Assembly (NCBI GenBank): GCA_030141605.1
Contig: JAQGDQ010000577.1
Location: forward strand, 62,001-126,000
Length of the DNA: 64,000 bases
Direction of reading: 5' to 3'
Source: Tubiluchus corallicola
Taxonomy: Eukaryota > Animalia > Priapulida
Shown here: one piece after another, positions 1 through 13,750 of the stretch
Layout of the letters: every line of letters starts with the position of its first letter
Position numbering within the stretch: position 1 is the first letter of the stretch
Made by a program: the position numbers and the translations under genes
The notes under the pieces: generated by a model
Told to the model about the DNA's origin: nothing
Database searches by the model: none
The model's input: only the letters and a program-made list of their open reading frames with translations

Positions 1-2278
1 TGATCAAGGTTTTTTGTCTATACTGTGAATAAATATAAACTAATGGCAGTTAACAATAAGTAAAGCACAGTTGAAACATTGAATCGGCTTTTCATTCACC
101 AGCCACCATGTGCACATGTTAGTTTTAATGTAATAACTGCAAACGACAACAGCAACAAAATTCGTCATGCTACACACAAGCATAGAAGGTTACAAGGACA
201 TGACTTGTGCTTTGGAGTGTGGACTGGGCAGTAGACAGTTGATCAATGGGCAGTACATGGCAGTACATGTAAGTATATTTCTGTCAAAATTAGAGACTGT
301 GTTGGACACACGTGGCATTCACATTAAAATAATACTGAAGACAAGACAGGTCCTCTATTTATTCAGCAACGCATTGATGTGACAAGTCGTTTCCTGCCTC
401 ACTAGCAAAATGTTAAGTTGCATTCTACAGTGTAAAGTTTGTGTTTATCATATATCAGTTTTATCATGTCTGCAGATTTGTTTAAAACTAATGTAAATAA
501 AGAACTACAGGCGTTTTAATTTGTTATTTTAACCGGTAATTAGTATAATTACATTTAGCATGTGATTATAACTTACAATTAGTTAATGCTATTATCAACA
601 TAGTGATTGAAAGTACCAATTTAGTTTAACATAATTTATAGTTATCTATGGCTAAGGTTGTTGTTGTCAATTGTTTGTAACTTGATGTTTTGTTGTAAAA
701 CCACGCGAAGATATTTCGCATTGCTCAAAATGCTTTCGCCAAAAACTGAATCGATCGTAGCATCGTGTCGGGGGTGCATTATCTTTCTTATTATGTTGAT
801 TAAATGATTTGGTCATCGCTCTAGAGTGAAATGCATTAGAAGAACTGCTTACGATAATGTATGTGTGTGTATTAGATTTGTATGCCATGCACACTTTATA
901 TATTTTCTGATACTTAAATAATGTTATCTATCGATATAGTGAGCCCTCAGGAGAGCATATCGTTTAGTTGCTTCAATTGAGTCGGCACCAGTGGAGACTA
1001 GTAGTATAAAAATGACCAAGTCGTAGTTTTCACTTAAAATTAAATTAAATTTCTGTTAACAGCCACTATTATGTCAGCTGTTGTCCCGTGGTTGCTGTTT
1101 ACTATCAGCTTTTTTTCAGATTTCTAATCTAACCTACAATTTTATAAGCATCGTAGGTAAATATTCAGTTTGTTTAAAATAATTTTCACTGAACCTTTGG
1201 TGATTACAACTGAATTTTACCGGACTGGAGCTTTTTACTGATATTGGAGTAGAAAATTAGGTGATCCGAATATTTGGTGCATCCCTAGATGCAAACGATA
1301 ATTCTATAGTTTCCTACTATAATCATTTATTCAATAGATGTGAGCTCAAAGCTATGCTAATAAACAACTTATAGGACTAAGAGTGATACTTTTCCATTAT
1401 GCATACAACGAACCCCCAGTTTACAGAGCCAATTGACTAGTGACTGTCGCCAAAATAGTGGCGAATAAAGCACAAAATTTGCCAGACTATAGTTACATAG
1501 GACAGATGATTTATATGTTAGGCTATTTTTACTGCTGAGTTGGACACCATATATCCATTACCATTGGGCTACTAAAGAAACAGTACCTATACATGTGATA
1601 TCATGTACTGTTGCATAGCTGTATATCAGACAAACATGAGACAGAGCTCTAATTTAGGATTAAGAGTGTCAGGATCAGGCCTATTTTGAAACAAAATCTC
1701 AAACGACTCTTTTCCACTATTTTGTTAGTGAGCAAAGAAAATCAAAGATCACAAAGTTTAAAAAGTTAATTATAGCTGCTTTTGTGCACTTTTACTTCTA
1801 TTGTACTTTTACTTACTTACTGTATACTGAAAAACTGTATACTATCGATTTGCATTGCATCCTGGCCTGGGAATACAACAACAGTAACACAAAGGTCTTG
1901 CTTTGTTAAACAAGAGTAGCATTATTCTGCGTATCAAATATGCAGTCGCTTTTATCTATGTCTGCCAAATAAAAGAGTTGTCACAGTTTGTATGATCTCA
2001 TCAAGTAGTGCCTCAGTTTGGGCTGGAAAAATTAATTATATGATGCCACAAGGTTGGAACCATAATTTAATGTGAAAGATAAGGAAATATAAAATAGTTT
2101 GTTTTTTATTGTAAAACCGTTTCGTAACAATCAACAGTTTTACTTGGCTAATATTACATTTACCTTGATCCGCTGTATACATCAGAGAGGTGTTCCTAAT
2201 AGAAGTGTTATTTTTCTAGGGTCGGAGAATGCTGTTCATCTAAAAGTGGCCTGGCGACTATTTTGGGATATTAAGAAA

Positions 2279-2784
2279 ATGTACCAGTATGATCAAATAT
2301 TGCAAGTAGCTAATTCCTGGCACTTAGTGATAGTGCTCATTTACATAATTTGCACCTGTGCTCAAGAAGTGAACGATGTCGAAACAAGAAAATTTCCTAA
2401 ACTATTTAATGCTGCTTTCGAGGCAAAGATTTCGACGGCACCTACGGATGCGACATGCGGCGTTCCATCACGTAGTCAATATTGCAGAAGCTCACAGCTG
2501 AAAGAATCCGTGTCCGTTTGCTCCAGAGCCGATTGTATTCAAGACTGTGCAGCTCGGAGCTCTCTTCCTACATTTGTGAAAGTGTTGTCAGTGGCGTCAT
2601 TCGTATCAGACGTCTGCCCTATCCCAGATTTTGTGAATAAAATACCCGGCAGCTCGCATGGGGAATTTTCTTATGAATTTTCACAAAAATTTAATTGCAT
2701 GATGAAAACGATACTACCTTCTGCCGGACAAAATGGTGCATTCACTGTAACATTCTGGATTAGACAAAGTACTGGAAATTTTGG
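2279..2784 (+). CDS. USH2A: Usherin coding exon 1 (signal peptide, N-terminus, start of LamG-like domain)
   Basis: ATG at 2279 after acceptor tttttctag (2219); hydrophobic WHLVIVLIYIICTCA; FPKLFNAA, TCGVPSRSQYC; donor GG|gtaaat, phase 2. Confidence 0.85.
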
Positions 2785-2867
2785 GTAAATTTTGTCAAAG
2801 TTTTACGTAGCTTAGAATGTGATATTCTGTACAGTATGAAGTGATTATATGATTTTTCAATACCATA

Positions 2868-3268
2868 CACTCACATCTCGGTTTGTCAGACAAAAGCGGG
2901 GAGAAGTCAGTCCGAATTTGTCGATTGTCCGTATTTTCTGATACTATTCTAATACAGTAGGTTTCATGTATTCAACTTATGGTAATGCAGAATCAGTCGT
3001 CTAATTGTCTGAAAAATGTCTAGTACGGGCCGCTTCAATGCCAAAGTATATAAAAACTGTCAGCAATTGATTTAAATAACTCTACATAATTTACACTGAT
3101 CAAATCACTAAACACAATGATACAAGCTGCACGCGTTAGATGTTAGCAAAGTGACAGCCCTCCAATGACAGACTCTTTCCGTAGTATGTGGAACTTTCTA
3201 CGGACCAGATTTTGTCTGAATTTTCCGATATCCAAAGAAGAGTGGTCCGGCAAACCGAGATATGAGTG
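2868..3268. mobile_element. MITE family B (TA TSD, Tc1/mariner-like), copy 1
   Basis: TA-CACTCACATCTCGGTTTGTCAGAC ... GTCCGGCAAACCGAGATATGAGTG-TA. Confidence 0.85.
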
Positions 3269-5615
3269 TATTGACTTTACTTTTTGAGTTATTGGTTTCT
3301 ATTCAACTGCTTCTCAGGGGCCTTTAGAACTATTTAGTTACACCTATATTAAATTAGTTTAATTTTAAAAGATATTCGGTCTTCTAAACACTGTTTGAGG
3401 ACTAATCAACAAAACGTGTCAATTTACATCACTGACTTAGGTTGTCTTTTGGTGAAATATCACTGTTTTTCGTTTGAACCACTGACCCATGAATTACAAG
3501 TCACTGGATGGTATAAATCAAAGCTTAAATTTTGACATTCCTTTTTTTGGTGTCAAATTTGATTTATAAATTTAAATTTATCAATTTTGATTCATAAAAT
3601 AGAAATATAAATTTCATTAATACTTTAAATTAACATGAGGCAAAGTGAGTAACCGAGTGGTTACAGTGAGTGCTTAACGACTGAAGTTAAGCAACATCTA
3701 GCCTAACCGATAAATGGAAAGGTGATCGCCTTGTCTAATTTGAAATTTAAGATTCTTCTTCTGTCCGTAGACACTTATCTCATAGAGGGATGATGTTGGT
3801 CGTCCAGTGTCTTTGCTTAGAAGATTGCCTTTAGTAATGTTCTAATCCCACCACAATTATCTACATTAGGTGGGCATTGCCTATGACTGCTAGTTCCTAC
3901 CTTGCATGGTGTCAAATGAATAAAATGTGTGGTATCGTTCCATTATTTACTGATAATCCAAATATTAGGATTATGAATAATTGTGCTGTTGATTTGGTCA
4001 GCTTTTATAATTTAAGCTAATTACGTGATATTTGAAATTCGACATAAGTTTGATTTTATCTCTAGCACCGCTTTTACCCAAGTCAAACTACAAGCTCCTA
4101 AACATACCCACAGTAAAGTATTTCTATAACCCTGTCAACTTATATCAATGAATTTATATTACAGGCCTGTATGCAAACAATTAAATACAATTTAGTTTCA
4201 ATAATAGCATTAATGTCAACTTTAAAATGAGTATTCAAAGTGAGAAAAAATGATTATTGTTCTAGAATCTACAACGGTAACAGGTTGGACATATTTGTGT
4301 TATTTATGAAAGTAGATCATTAAGAATTTGGATTGCCAATGGAATAAGTTCATTTTTTTAGAACTACGCAATAAATTCTTTACACCTGATCATCATTGAT
4401 TTCTAAATTTCTTTAAAAATTCTTTGAAATTTTTAATAATCTTTAAAGTTTGAAGTTTTTCGTGAAGAGCATGCCAGGTTTGTAGTGTATTTTTTGTTAC
4501 TAAAGCATTCGTATAACTAAGTTTATTCACTTAAACTCAATACACCATCCAAGACAGAGCTCACCTAGGTGTGTGCTGTATTCATTAATATACAGCACAC
4601 CTGTAATGATTGCATTATGAGTAATAATGTTGACCAGTCAATAATTCTAATGCAAGCCATTGTCTGTATTGGCTTCTGCTGCAGTGTGTCTGGGTATCAA
4701 CATTATGAATGGCTACTTCTACTAGGTGGGCCCACACATTTGCCTAATTTTTTCACCAATTACAAATTTTATTATAACTACATTTTCAAATTGTACTGGC
4801 TGTACGACAGTGTTTTACTTTGCTGCACTATTGGCCTTTTTAATTAGGGCCAGAAGCCCTTACCAATTAAATTTTGCTCGTTTAGCCAGGCAAATGAAAC
4901 ATTTTTTTATAATTTAGAAAGTAGGCTCTTTATTGTCATTCAAGGTCCAATAAAGTCAGTTTGGTTCTCTTATAAAATAGTGTTTAAAGGTAATTCCTAA
5001 TCGAATCATTTTGTAAATGTTAAGTTTACTTTAAATAATATAGTTTCTAAAATGCAAATGCCTGAGCATTGTGGATAAACAAAAATTGATTTATGAAAGT
5101 TTTATACTCATCCATCAGCATTTCTCATGTTAACTTTGCATATTTTACGATTTAGGTGACTGTTTTTAAATTGAATAATTTAATTTTTAATTTTTAAATT
5201 TTGTCATTTAAATTGAAAGTTTCCCGAATCATAATTTATTTGTATAGTCATTTTGTGTGTGCAGAAAGGATTTAGATTTAAGTCAGTTTTACATATTTAG
5301 CAGCTCTGGTTTAGCAGTGTGTGGATGGGTGACCAGAAATAAATGAGTGATTGATACAAATAAAGTAGACCATGTCAAGAAGTAAAACAACAGCCATTAA
5401 TATTGTTTAGTGAATCGCCACTAGGGTTTAAGGTGGTCTTGTTGTTTGGAGACTCCAATTAATACTTTTGAACTTAAAATTAAAATTAATTCCTTGCTAA
5501 ATTCACCTCACCTGTTACAGTGAAATGATTAAAGCACATTATGACTTTTGTGACTAGTAATATTGTAATTTTTAATGATTATATTATTTATATTGATTTT
5601 ATTTCTTTCCTGTAG

Positions 5616-5778
5616 CACGGTGTTTGAGAAACAGGTTGGTAATCTGACAGTATTCAGCATACAAGTAGAAACCAGTAGTGTCATCATAAAATACAGAACA
5701 GGTAACTCAGACAGGCAACAGGTGCTGAGCTTTACCAGTAATATACCTGCTGACAGCTGGTCTCACCTGGCTATACAG
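5616..5778 (+). CDS. USH2A: Usherin exon 2 (LamG-like)
   Basis: tcctgtag|C; TVFEK...WSHLAIQ; CAG|gtaatt. Confidence 0.88.
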
Positions 5779-8449
5779 GTAATTATGTTTAATTATATAT
5801 AATATGCTGCATTTAGAGCAGTGTTTTTGCTTATAATTTTATTAACCTATGTTGTATGAATGGTAAACAAGGAAAGAATCTTTTAAGTATTGCTTCAAAC
5901 TTACAAATACTTGTGTCACAAATGTGCATTACTAGAAAAATTATCAAAATACATTTAGTTCAGTCTAGTTCAGTTTTAAACTTTTACATAGATATTAGAA
6001 TGCATATAGAGCTGGCTGTGAATTTTGGAGCAGCTGACTAGATGTTTATTTAGTGTTTTGCTGCCCTTTTTTCACAATGTTCAAATTAGACTGTCTCGTG
6101 CATTTTAAGTTACTGCTAAAATAAAGAATACGGCTTTAGGTCATCCCTGCTGCCCTGTGGGCATTTTGTTTTCTTGCAACACCAGTGTTGATGTTAGTCA
6201 GTTAGTGCTGTGTTAGTTATCATAATCGCTGTTGTTGCCAGTGTATGTGGATCTATCTATTTTGATATATGTAATTATGGAATTGGTTGTTCGTTTTCTT
6301 TATATGCGAGAATTTTTAAGTCAGATTTGGTTTTAGCACTCGTAGGGTTGTAAAAAGTTGAGGTGACAGAAATTTAAGCTTAGCTTTGTTAATTATTAAG
6401 TCAGTCTGATGTCGGACTGAAATATCGTAGAAAAAGCATGAGTATTTAGCACTGTGGAAGGTAATTTCTTGGCACGTGTTGTTTTTGTTTGTTTACTTCG
6501 CAAGGTTTATCATCTTGGCTAAGATATTATGCTCATCTATATTATTACTCTAGTTAGATTATCGATCTTTAAATCATAAAAGGTTTATATTAAATTTCTA
6601 TTTATAACTAAATAACTTTAACATAAGAACTTTAGTTACAACAGTATAATGTTTTCTTGGAACAAGCAGTAGCTTTTAATCTTAGATCTGTAGTATACAA
6701 AATCACTAACGACTAACAACGGAGAAATACTGTTTCATAAAATTATTATAAAAATACTTATGGGTGGCCTGCCATATGCCACAACTTCTTGGGTCTCCCT
6801 TCATTATCTATTTTAATAACAGTGATCATTTTCACGTGATTATTTCTTTACTTTACTGATTATGTATTGTATTTCAAAACTAATCTGATTAAGATACATG
6901 TTAAATAAATAATTATTTTAAATTTGAATTTGAAATTTAGTTAAATTTTTGTTGTAATGTATGTCTGCTAGAATCTGATTCTGAACTTGATTTTCTTGTC
7001 GAGTGAACGCTCCATTTAATTTCATATGAATTCACGTTGTTTTATGATAATAATAAATGATAAGCATTTTAGTTAAAAATTTTTTACTTTTTGTACTGTA
7101 TAATACTGTTATTTTATAATCGCATCTATGGTAATAATGTCTAATAAAGGTGTAATTATGTAGTTTTGAATTTTGATAATCGCACATTTGCTCTTAAAAA
7201 TTTTCCTAGTGCCTCATCAGAATTGCATGCACCCCTTGAGCCTTACCCCTAAAAACATTGGCTATGTTGAAGTTGCAAACCATTTATTCTGGTTTATTTA
7301 CTCTATGTTGAAATTTGTACTTACGTTTGTGAGCAGGTTGTAGGTCACTTAATAATGCATGTCTAGGGTTTTAATTCACATGAAGCAGTCCTCCTACTAG
7401 CATTATATACTACGCTTTGTTAGCCAACCAATAGTATATTGCTTTTGGTAATTAGGCATTAATGCTGGTGGTAATTTATTATTGATGGTGTAGGGCTGTA
7501 TAATTAAAATTGCTCTGATTGCTGCCTTACTGTTGAAAGATGGAGAAACTGCTATTATGGCAGTACTATTCTGGAATGTTGTTTATATTATTTATTTAAA
7601 GTAAAACCGAATCCAATGTTGAGGTCAAAGGTCAAGACTTCCGACAATCTAATCTTCGTTTCAACGTTTGTTCAATTTTCTCTTGATTAATTATCTTTTT
7701 CTTAAATTAACAGTTTCGTGAATATTTGTTCGACGTGTTTGTCTATGTTTTATTTTCTGCCATGCGATTTCTAGTACGAGTTTCATTTTCACGCAGCTGT
7801 AATTTTTCCCAGGGTTGTTTCTTTTTGGAATTACTAATCCTTGTTTTTTCTTTAACGGCTTCTTGGTGTTGAAACATCATAAAAAAAATTGTTCGCTTGT
7901 CCTCAACCAATTTAGGCAACATTCTTATAAATTATACCTGTCAAACATAATTTTTTGTATTTTCTAACACAGTTTGGCTTGCTGCAAGCTGGTGTTCAGC
8001 CTTCTGCTAGTGCAGTTTGTGGTAGGACTGAAACTTAGATCATTACGAAGGAGATTGATCTTCTAAGATAAAAGAATGACCCAGCAGACCTGTCTTAGAC
8101 AAGTTTGCATGTATACACATCTTTACTCAAAGAAAGAAACAACCGAGGACTGTATGACAGAAATTGTTTCCTCGGTACTCGCGCTTCCATGTGCTTATCA
8201 GGCTTGGTGATGCTTAACTTTTATAACCACACATGCACTAAGACCGCTCAGCATTTCTCTTGCTTCGAAATGCATTTTTTCTTGTAGTATCTCAAAAAAA
8301 CTATTCTGATTTTTTTGGTTTTCAAACAGGTTCTGTTTAGTTATTTGTATCTGTATTCACATGCAAATTGTTCGTATGTGCTGCCATTTCTGTGACTTTT
8401 TTGCCAGGATCACAAAAGTCTTAATTGTTTTGTTGATACGGTTTTTCAG

Positions 8450-8643
8450 GTCTTTGATACCTATCTGAGCTTATTTCTCAATGGTACCAGTGTTGATAGT
8501 ACGCCACACGATACCCGTTTGTTAGCTGGACAGGTGTTGGGAAGGCGCGGTAACGTATATGTTGGACAAAGCTTAGAAGCTGATTTGCAGCTTGTGGGGA
8601 GATTGCAGAAATTGTACTACTTTACTACTACTTTAAGCAATAG
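8450..8643 (+). CDS. USH2A: Usherin exon 3 (LamG-like)
   Basis: tttttcag|GTC; VFDTYLSLFLNG...VGRLQKLYYFTTTLSN; AG|gtgaga. Confidence 0.88.
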
Positions 8644-9295
8644 GTGAGATCTTTTTTTGGAAATTTCTTTGACAAGATTTGCCTGTAATATAAACTCATT
8701 TACGTGTGACTGATTTGTTGAAATTTGAGTAAATAGCAAATTTTGTTTTAATATATTATTTTATATGAATGCAATTGCTCATCGTTATCGCATCTCTCAT
8801 TTTAGCTTTGCAGTCTTCAATGACTTTTTATCAAAATTTAGATGCCGATGCAAGCGTTTTTTTTTTTGTGAAGCACTTGTTTTAGCTGGGTTCAGGTCAA
8901 GTTGAATAAGCAGACAAGTGCGTGTGCATGCAGTCAATCAAGCAAACAAACAAAACATTAAATACATTATTAGCTAACTTCTTTGAATTACCAGTTGCTG
9001 CTCAGTTGAACTATGACTACTATTGCTGTATTATGTTAACCGTCCATGATACATTACTGATATTTAACTTTTAGATGACAAGTTAGTTTCACGTCTTGTC
9101 GTTGAATGCCGGATATTGGCTTGCAGAGTGGCAGAATTTTCTAAAAAATAAATTCTAAACGAATGTTTTATTACTTAAGTTTGGATGTGTTCATTGTTCC
9201 TTATGGTTTGCGGTAATTTTAATATTCATTCTGACCTATCTTGGCTGTTGACTTTGACTGTTAAAAAGGCAAGCCTATCAAAATTTTAAGATATA

Positions 9296-9480
9296 ACATA
9301 TATATGTGTGTATATCTGTATACGATATACAATATATATATATATATATATATACGTATATCTGTATGTATACTGTACGTGTACCTATATATACATACAC
9401 ACATATACATATATATAAATACACACACACACATATAGCGACATAGAGATATAGATATATATAGAGATAGATAGATATAT
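9296..9480. repeat. Compound (TA)/(CA)/(GA) low-complexity tract
   Basis: Direct inspection. Confidence 0.85.
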
Positions 9481-9573
9481 TCCCAACACTACTGTATATT
9501 TATACTTTCATTATGATATCAGAGCTAATCAAGATCCATTAAATTTGTCACAATCTACTATTTGTTTGTACAG

Positions 9574-9847
9574 GGAAATTGATGAGGTGATGACAGGAAC
9601 TCTTCCATGGGTTCACACCCTCCCCAGGTGCCGGTGCAAGCCCTCCCACCCACGAACTCTCCCTGGAAACAGTCGATTTTGTATCAAGAATGGAGTGCCT
9701 GACACCAGTCTTGATATAGCATTAAGAATTGATACAAACTCGCATCCGCTGCAGTACGCTAACGATAACGATCCGAACAGCTTCTGGGTTTCCTCGTTTC
9801 TGGATAATGTAACCATAACGATAGACATGATGCACGGACAGTTCCAG
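9574..9847 (+). CDS. USH2A: Usherin exon 4 (laminin N-terminal), GC donor
   Basis: tgtacag|G; EIDEV...CRCKPSHPR...HPLQYANDNDPNSFWVS...GQFQ; only CAG|gcacgt gives the required phase 0. Confidence 0.85.
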
Positions 9848-9889
9848 GCACGTCGTAAATTCTTTTGCCTTTCATTTAGTTGTCTAGTA

Positions 9890-10524
9890 CAGTAAGTCCT
9901 CGCTTAACGACTCTCGGTTTAGCGACGTTTCGCTTTTTAACTCACAGACGATTTTTTTTACTTTTGCTCGCAGTCACTTTTTTATCAGCAAGTTTTTCAC
10001 CAAATCTGATGCATTAAAGCAGTACAAATTGCGTTATTCTGTTCTAAAAACGCCTTAGTAATGTGAACAGTGCAATTATTATACATTATACATGTTTCTG
10101 CTTCCCGGCCGACTACTGATGCTAGTGTCCAGTGATCAGTGAGAATTTTGCCTGCAACCTGTTGCAGTAACAACCAGACTAAGTATGTAGGCAAAATTCC
10201 CATGGTCGCCCCAGGGCTTGGTTTTGACTCTGCGGTGTAATTGTTCAACAGCTGATAAGGTTAACGAAAGAGAAACCGCTATAGCTAGATATTAGTAAGT
10301 AAAATATATATAGGTGGTTTCAGGCAAGCAAGAAGACATTAATCAGCAGAAATATGAGTAAACTCATAGAATGTTTAACTTATATGATTTTACCATTATT
10401 GATTTTTATCTCTGCAACGTATCTCAATTCTTTTACATTACTTTTTATGGAAGTCTTGACTTCGTTTAATGATGTTTCGCTTAATGTCGCATTTTGTTGG
10501 AACCCGTTAAGGGAGGACTTACTG
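9890..10524. mobile_element. MITE family A (Tc1/mariner, Tigger/pogo-like), copy 1
   Basis: TIR CAGTAAGTCCTCGCTTAACG / CGTTAAGGGAGGACTTACTG, flanked by TA; interior shared with three other copies. Confidence 0.85.
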
Positions 10525-10828
10525 TAGTGAAATTTATCCCTGCAAAATTTTTTTGTTTTTTAGCTTTCTGTCGCTGTTATACAGTCGATATAACTTTTTT
10601 CTTTTATATTGCTTAATACTATTTCATTGTTACACATAAAAAATCATTTATGCAGCCTTTTTCTTATACAGAAGGTGAGATACTGAACCATCAGAGGTAC
10701 TTAGCCATTTCCTCAATTAGATTACTGCGTAAAATTAGTATGGTGAATAAGACCACAAGGGTCAAATATTGAACTCGGTGGTCAACTCTTAATGCACAGA
10801 CCAGTCTGGGCGTTGCTTAACATTACAT

Positions 10829-11061
10829 CGGGTGGAGTAGCTCAATGGCAGCATGCTCGCTTATCACCCGGGATGTCGTGGGTTCAACTCTCGACCGAGT
10901 CATACCAAAGACTTGAAAAATGGTAACGCTGCTTCTTCCACTAAGCACTCGGGTTTATCGAAGTAACGTGTGGGTAATAATAATCGGGACTACCTTGGAA
11001 ATAAGTATTGAGTTACTTAAGGTGTTATCCTTGGATTATGTCTTAAACGAAATTATTATTG
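10829..11061 (+). mobile_element. tRNA-derived SINE
   Basis: A box TAGCTCAATGG, B box GGTTCAACTC, then GTCATACCAAAGACTTGAAAAATGGTA (resembles, from memory, the conserved Meta-SINE core) and an (ATT)n tail. Confidence 0.7.
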
Positions 11062-11155
11062 TTGGTCACTAAGCACATACTGTGACCACTTGGCTATTTT
11101 TAACACTCTGAGATAGCCTGCCATGTTTTTAATATTTACTGCTTTGTTTTTTTAG

Positions 11156-11355
11156 GTGTTTTATGTAGTACTTCAGTTTTACAGTCCTCTGCCTAGAGCC
11201 GTAGTCATAGAGAGGAAGAAAACGGAGGAGTCGGACTGGGAAGCTTGGCAGTTTTTTGCCGATGACTGTCAGAAACGGTTTGGCATGAAGAACACAGCGC
11301 CGCTTCTCACCCCGAGTTCCGTCAACTGCATTAAACATTTGTCTCTTACTAACAG
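11156..11355 (+). CDS. USH2A: Usherin exon 5 (LamNT)
   Basis: tttttag|GTG; VFYVVLQFYSPLP...WEAWQFFADDC; AG|gtgtga. Confidence 0.88.
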
Positions 11356-11639
11356 GTGTGATTTAAATCTTCATGAATACTTTGCGATGTTCTTAAGACA
11401 TTATGTTGGTGTGGTGTTTTTACTTTTAATTCTTGCTTTAACTTTTTGAGCCTTTTTTGTTATTAAGCATTTGTGCTGCCTCCATAACAGCAGTGATGTC
11501 GATGCTAGGTTAAAAATGCCAACTTAAGCTACATTCAGAAGAGGGGGAAGAAACGGCCATTCATGCTTGGAAACTTGCATATATGTTTTGTATTTGTATT
11601 CAAACAATGAGAGTTTTTCTGAACAACAACAAACCATAT

Positions 11640-12181
11640 GTACACTGTACATGCTGACAACAAGTGGACCAAATTAAATAAAATGCAAACAAACTGTACA
11701 TGCTGACAACAAGTGAACCAAATGGAATAAAATGCAAACAAACTGTACATGCTGACAACAAGTGAACCAAATGGAATAAAATGAAAACAAACTGTACATG
11801 CTGACAACAAGTGAACCAAATGAAATAAAATGCAAACAAACTGTACATGCTGACAACAAGTGAACCAAATGAAATAAAATGCAAATAAACTGTACATGCT
11901 GACAACAAGTGAACCAAATGAAATAAAATGCAAACAAACTGTACATGCTGACAACAAGTGAACCAAATGAAATAAAATGCAAACAAACTGTACATGCTGA
12001 CAACAAGTGAACCAAATGAAATAAAATGCAAACAAACTGTACATGCTGACAACAAGTGAACCAAATGAAATAAAATGCAAACAAACTGTACATGCTGACA
12101 ACAAGTGAACCAAATGAAATAAAATGCAAACAAACTGTACATGTTGACAACAAGTGAACCAAATGAAATAAAATGCAAACA
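11640..12181. repeat. 49-bp tandem minisatellite, ~11 copies
   Basis: Unit AAACTGTACATGCTGACAACAAGTGAACCAAATGAAATAAAATGCAAAC. Confidence 0.95.
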
Positions 12182-12319
12182 AATTACTGAATGAAATTAA
12201 TAGGATCAATAATTGCTTTTTAGCACTAAGTAATTAGTCATTGTGATTTACTGTGAATAATGTGAAGGCTTAACACTGTTATACATTTTCATAATACATT
12301 TGATTATGCCACATGATTA

Positions 12320-12760
12320 CACTCATATCTTGATTTGCCGGACAAAACCGGGGAGACGTTGGTCTGAATTTGCCGATTGTCCGTATTTTCCGATACTAAG
12401 CTAGTGTAGTAGGTGCCTTATATTAGACTCAAGTTAATGTAGAGTCAATTCCCTAATTGTCTCAAAATCGTCTAGTAGACTCCTACTCAAAATTATGTAA
12501 AAACTATCGGCAATTGACTCAAATAACTCCCCATAATTGACTCCTTATCACTTACACATGCTGATTAAACCACTAACATGCTGACATACAAGCTACACAC
12601 GTGTCAATACATGCTGTTTGGATGTAAACAAAGTAATGGCCCGCCAACTAGCAGTCAGCTCGCACTATAACTGACTGTGTCCGTAGTATGTGGGACTTTC
12701 TACGGACCAGATTTTTCCAATATCTGTAAAAGTGAGGTGCGTCAAACCGAGATATGAGTG
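12320..12760. mobile_element. MITE family B copy 2
   Basis: TA-CACTCATATCTTGATTTGCCGGAC ... CAAACCGAGATATGAGTG-TA. Confidence 0.85.
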
Positions 12761-13160
12761 TATAAAATTTATTATATAGTTTTTACATTTTGCCATTGTC
12801 AGTAAACGGAATAAACTGCAGTTTAGCCCACCTCACATTCAGATGTCGAGTTTTTAGCCATCTGTTGGCTGAGCAAGATTCTTAACATCTGAACTCAGCT
12901 TAAGAGCAAAAATAGTTTGTAGCTTGCGGCAAATCGAGTGTTCGAAACTTTTTTACAGGTGGAATTAGTGACTAAACAGTCGGTGACTAAAGCAGTCGGT
13001 GACTAAACATAGTTAATATGAGGAAAGAAAATTGTTAGCAAAATTTCACTGTCTTTAGCGTGATTGTGCATTGAATGTTGCATCGTTAAACGAACGCTTG
13101 GCATGTGTTACTTCAGAATTTATTCGCTGTTTGGCTTCTTTCACATATTCTCATTTTCAG

Positions 13161-13385
13161 CTCCGTGGTACCCTACTCTAAAGGCAATGTGACGTTCATT
13201 CTCCTCACTCCCGACACACCGGCCAGACCAGGATTCAATGACTTTTACAACGTGCAAGGGTTAAAGGAGTTTGTGAAAGCAACGCACGTCAGGGTCGGAT
13301 TACACGGACATTTCTATGTCGATGACAACAATTCATTGTCACGGCACAGATATTTTGGCATTTATGAAATCACCGTTTCTGCGCG
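13161..13385 (+). CDS. USH2A: Usherin exon 6 (LamNT)
   Basis: ttttcag|C; PYSKGNVTF...RPGFNDFYN...EFVKATHVR...YEITVSAR; CG|gtatgt. Confidence 0.9.
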
Positions 13386-13656
13386 GTATGTAGGGACATC
13401 TGTTAGTTAATTTAGTAATTACTACCATTTCCATAAGTTTTAAACTAAACTGGCTTGACATTTTTTGTTTCTGGAAAAATATTGTACAAAGAAAACATTA
13501 CACAAAATAATATAATGTAATTTAAAATTGTGTTACTTAATTTTTGTAATTCTAGTAAGCTCTAGAAAGTAATTCTAATAATTCTAGTTGTAAGTCTTTC
13601 AAATTTTAGCTGGAAATGTAAGTGACTTGTATTAATTGTATATGATATTTTTCTAG

Positions 13657-13750
13657 GTGTAATTGCCATGGTCATGCCAAAACTTGTGATGAAAAAGCTA
13701 CTCCGTACGTGTGCGATTGCGATCCAGATAGCTATACTGAAGGCTTGCAG
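13657..13750 (+). CDS. USH2A: Usherin exon 7 (laminin EGF)
   Basis: ttctag|G; CNCHGHAKTC...CDCDPDSYTEGLQ; CAG|gtaaaa. Confidence 0.9.

Noticed and set aside
10829-10905. tRNA gene
   Set aside because: A and B boxes are present but I could not form a proper cloverleaf or acceptor stem; it continues into a SINE core and tail.
11535-12209. Hydrophobic 160-224 aa minus-strand ORFs
   Set aside because: Artefact of the 49-bp tandem repeat.
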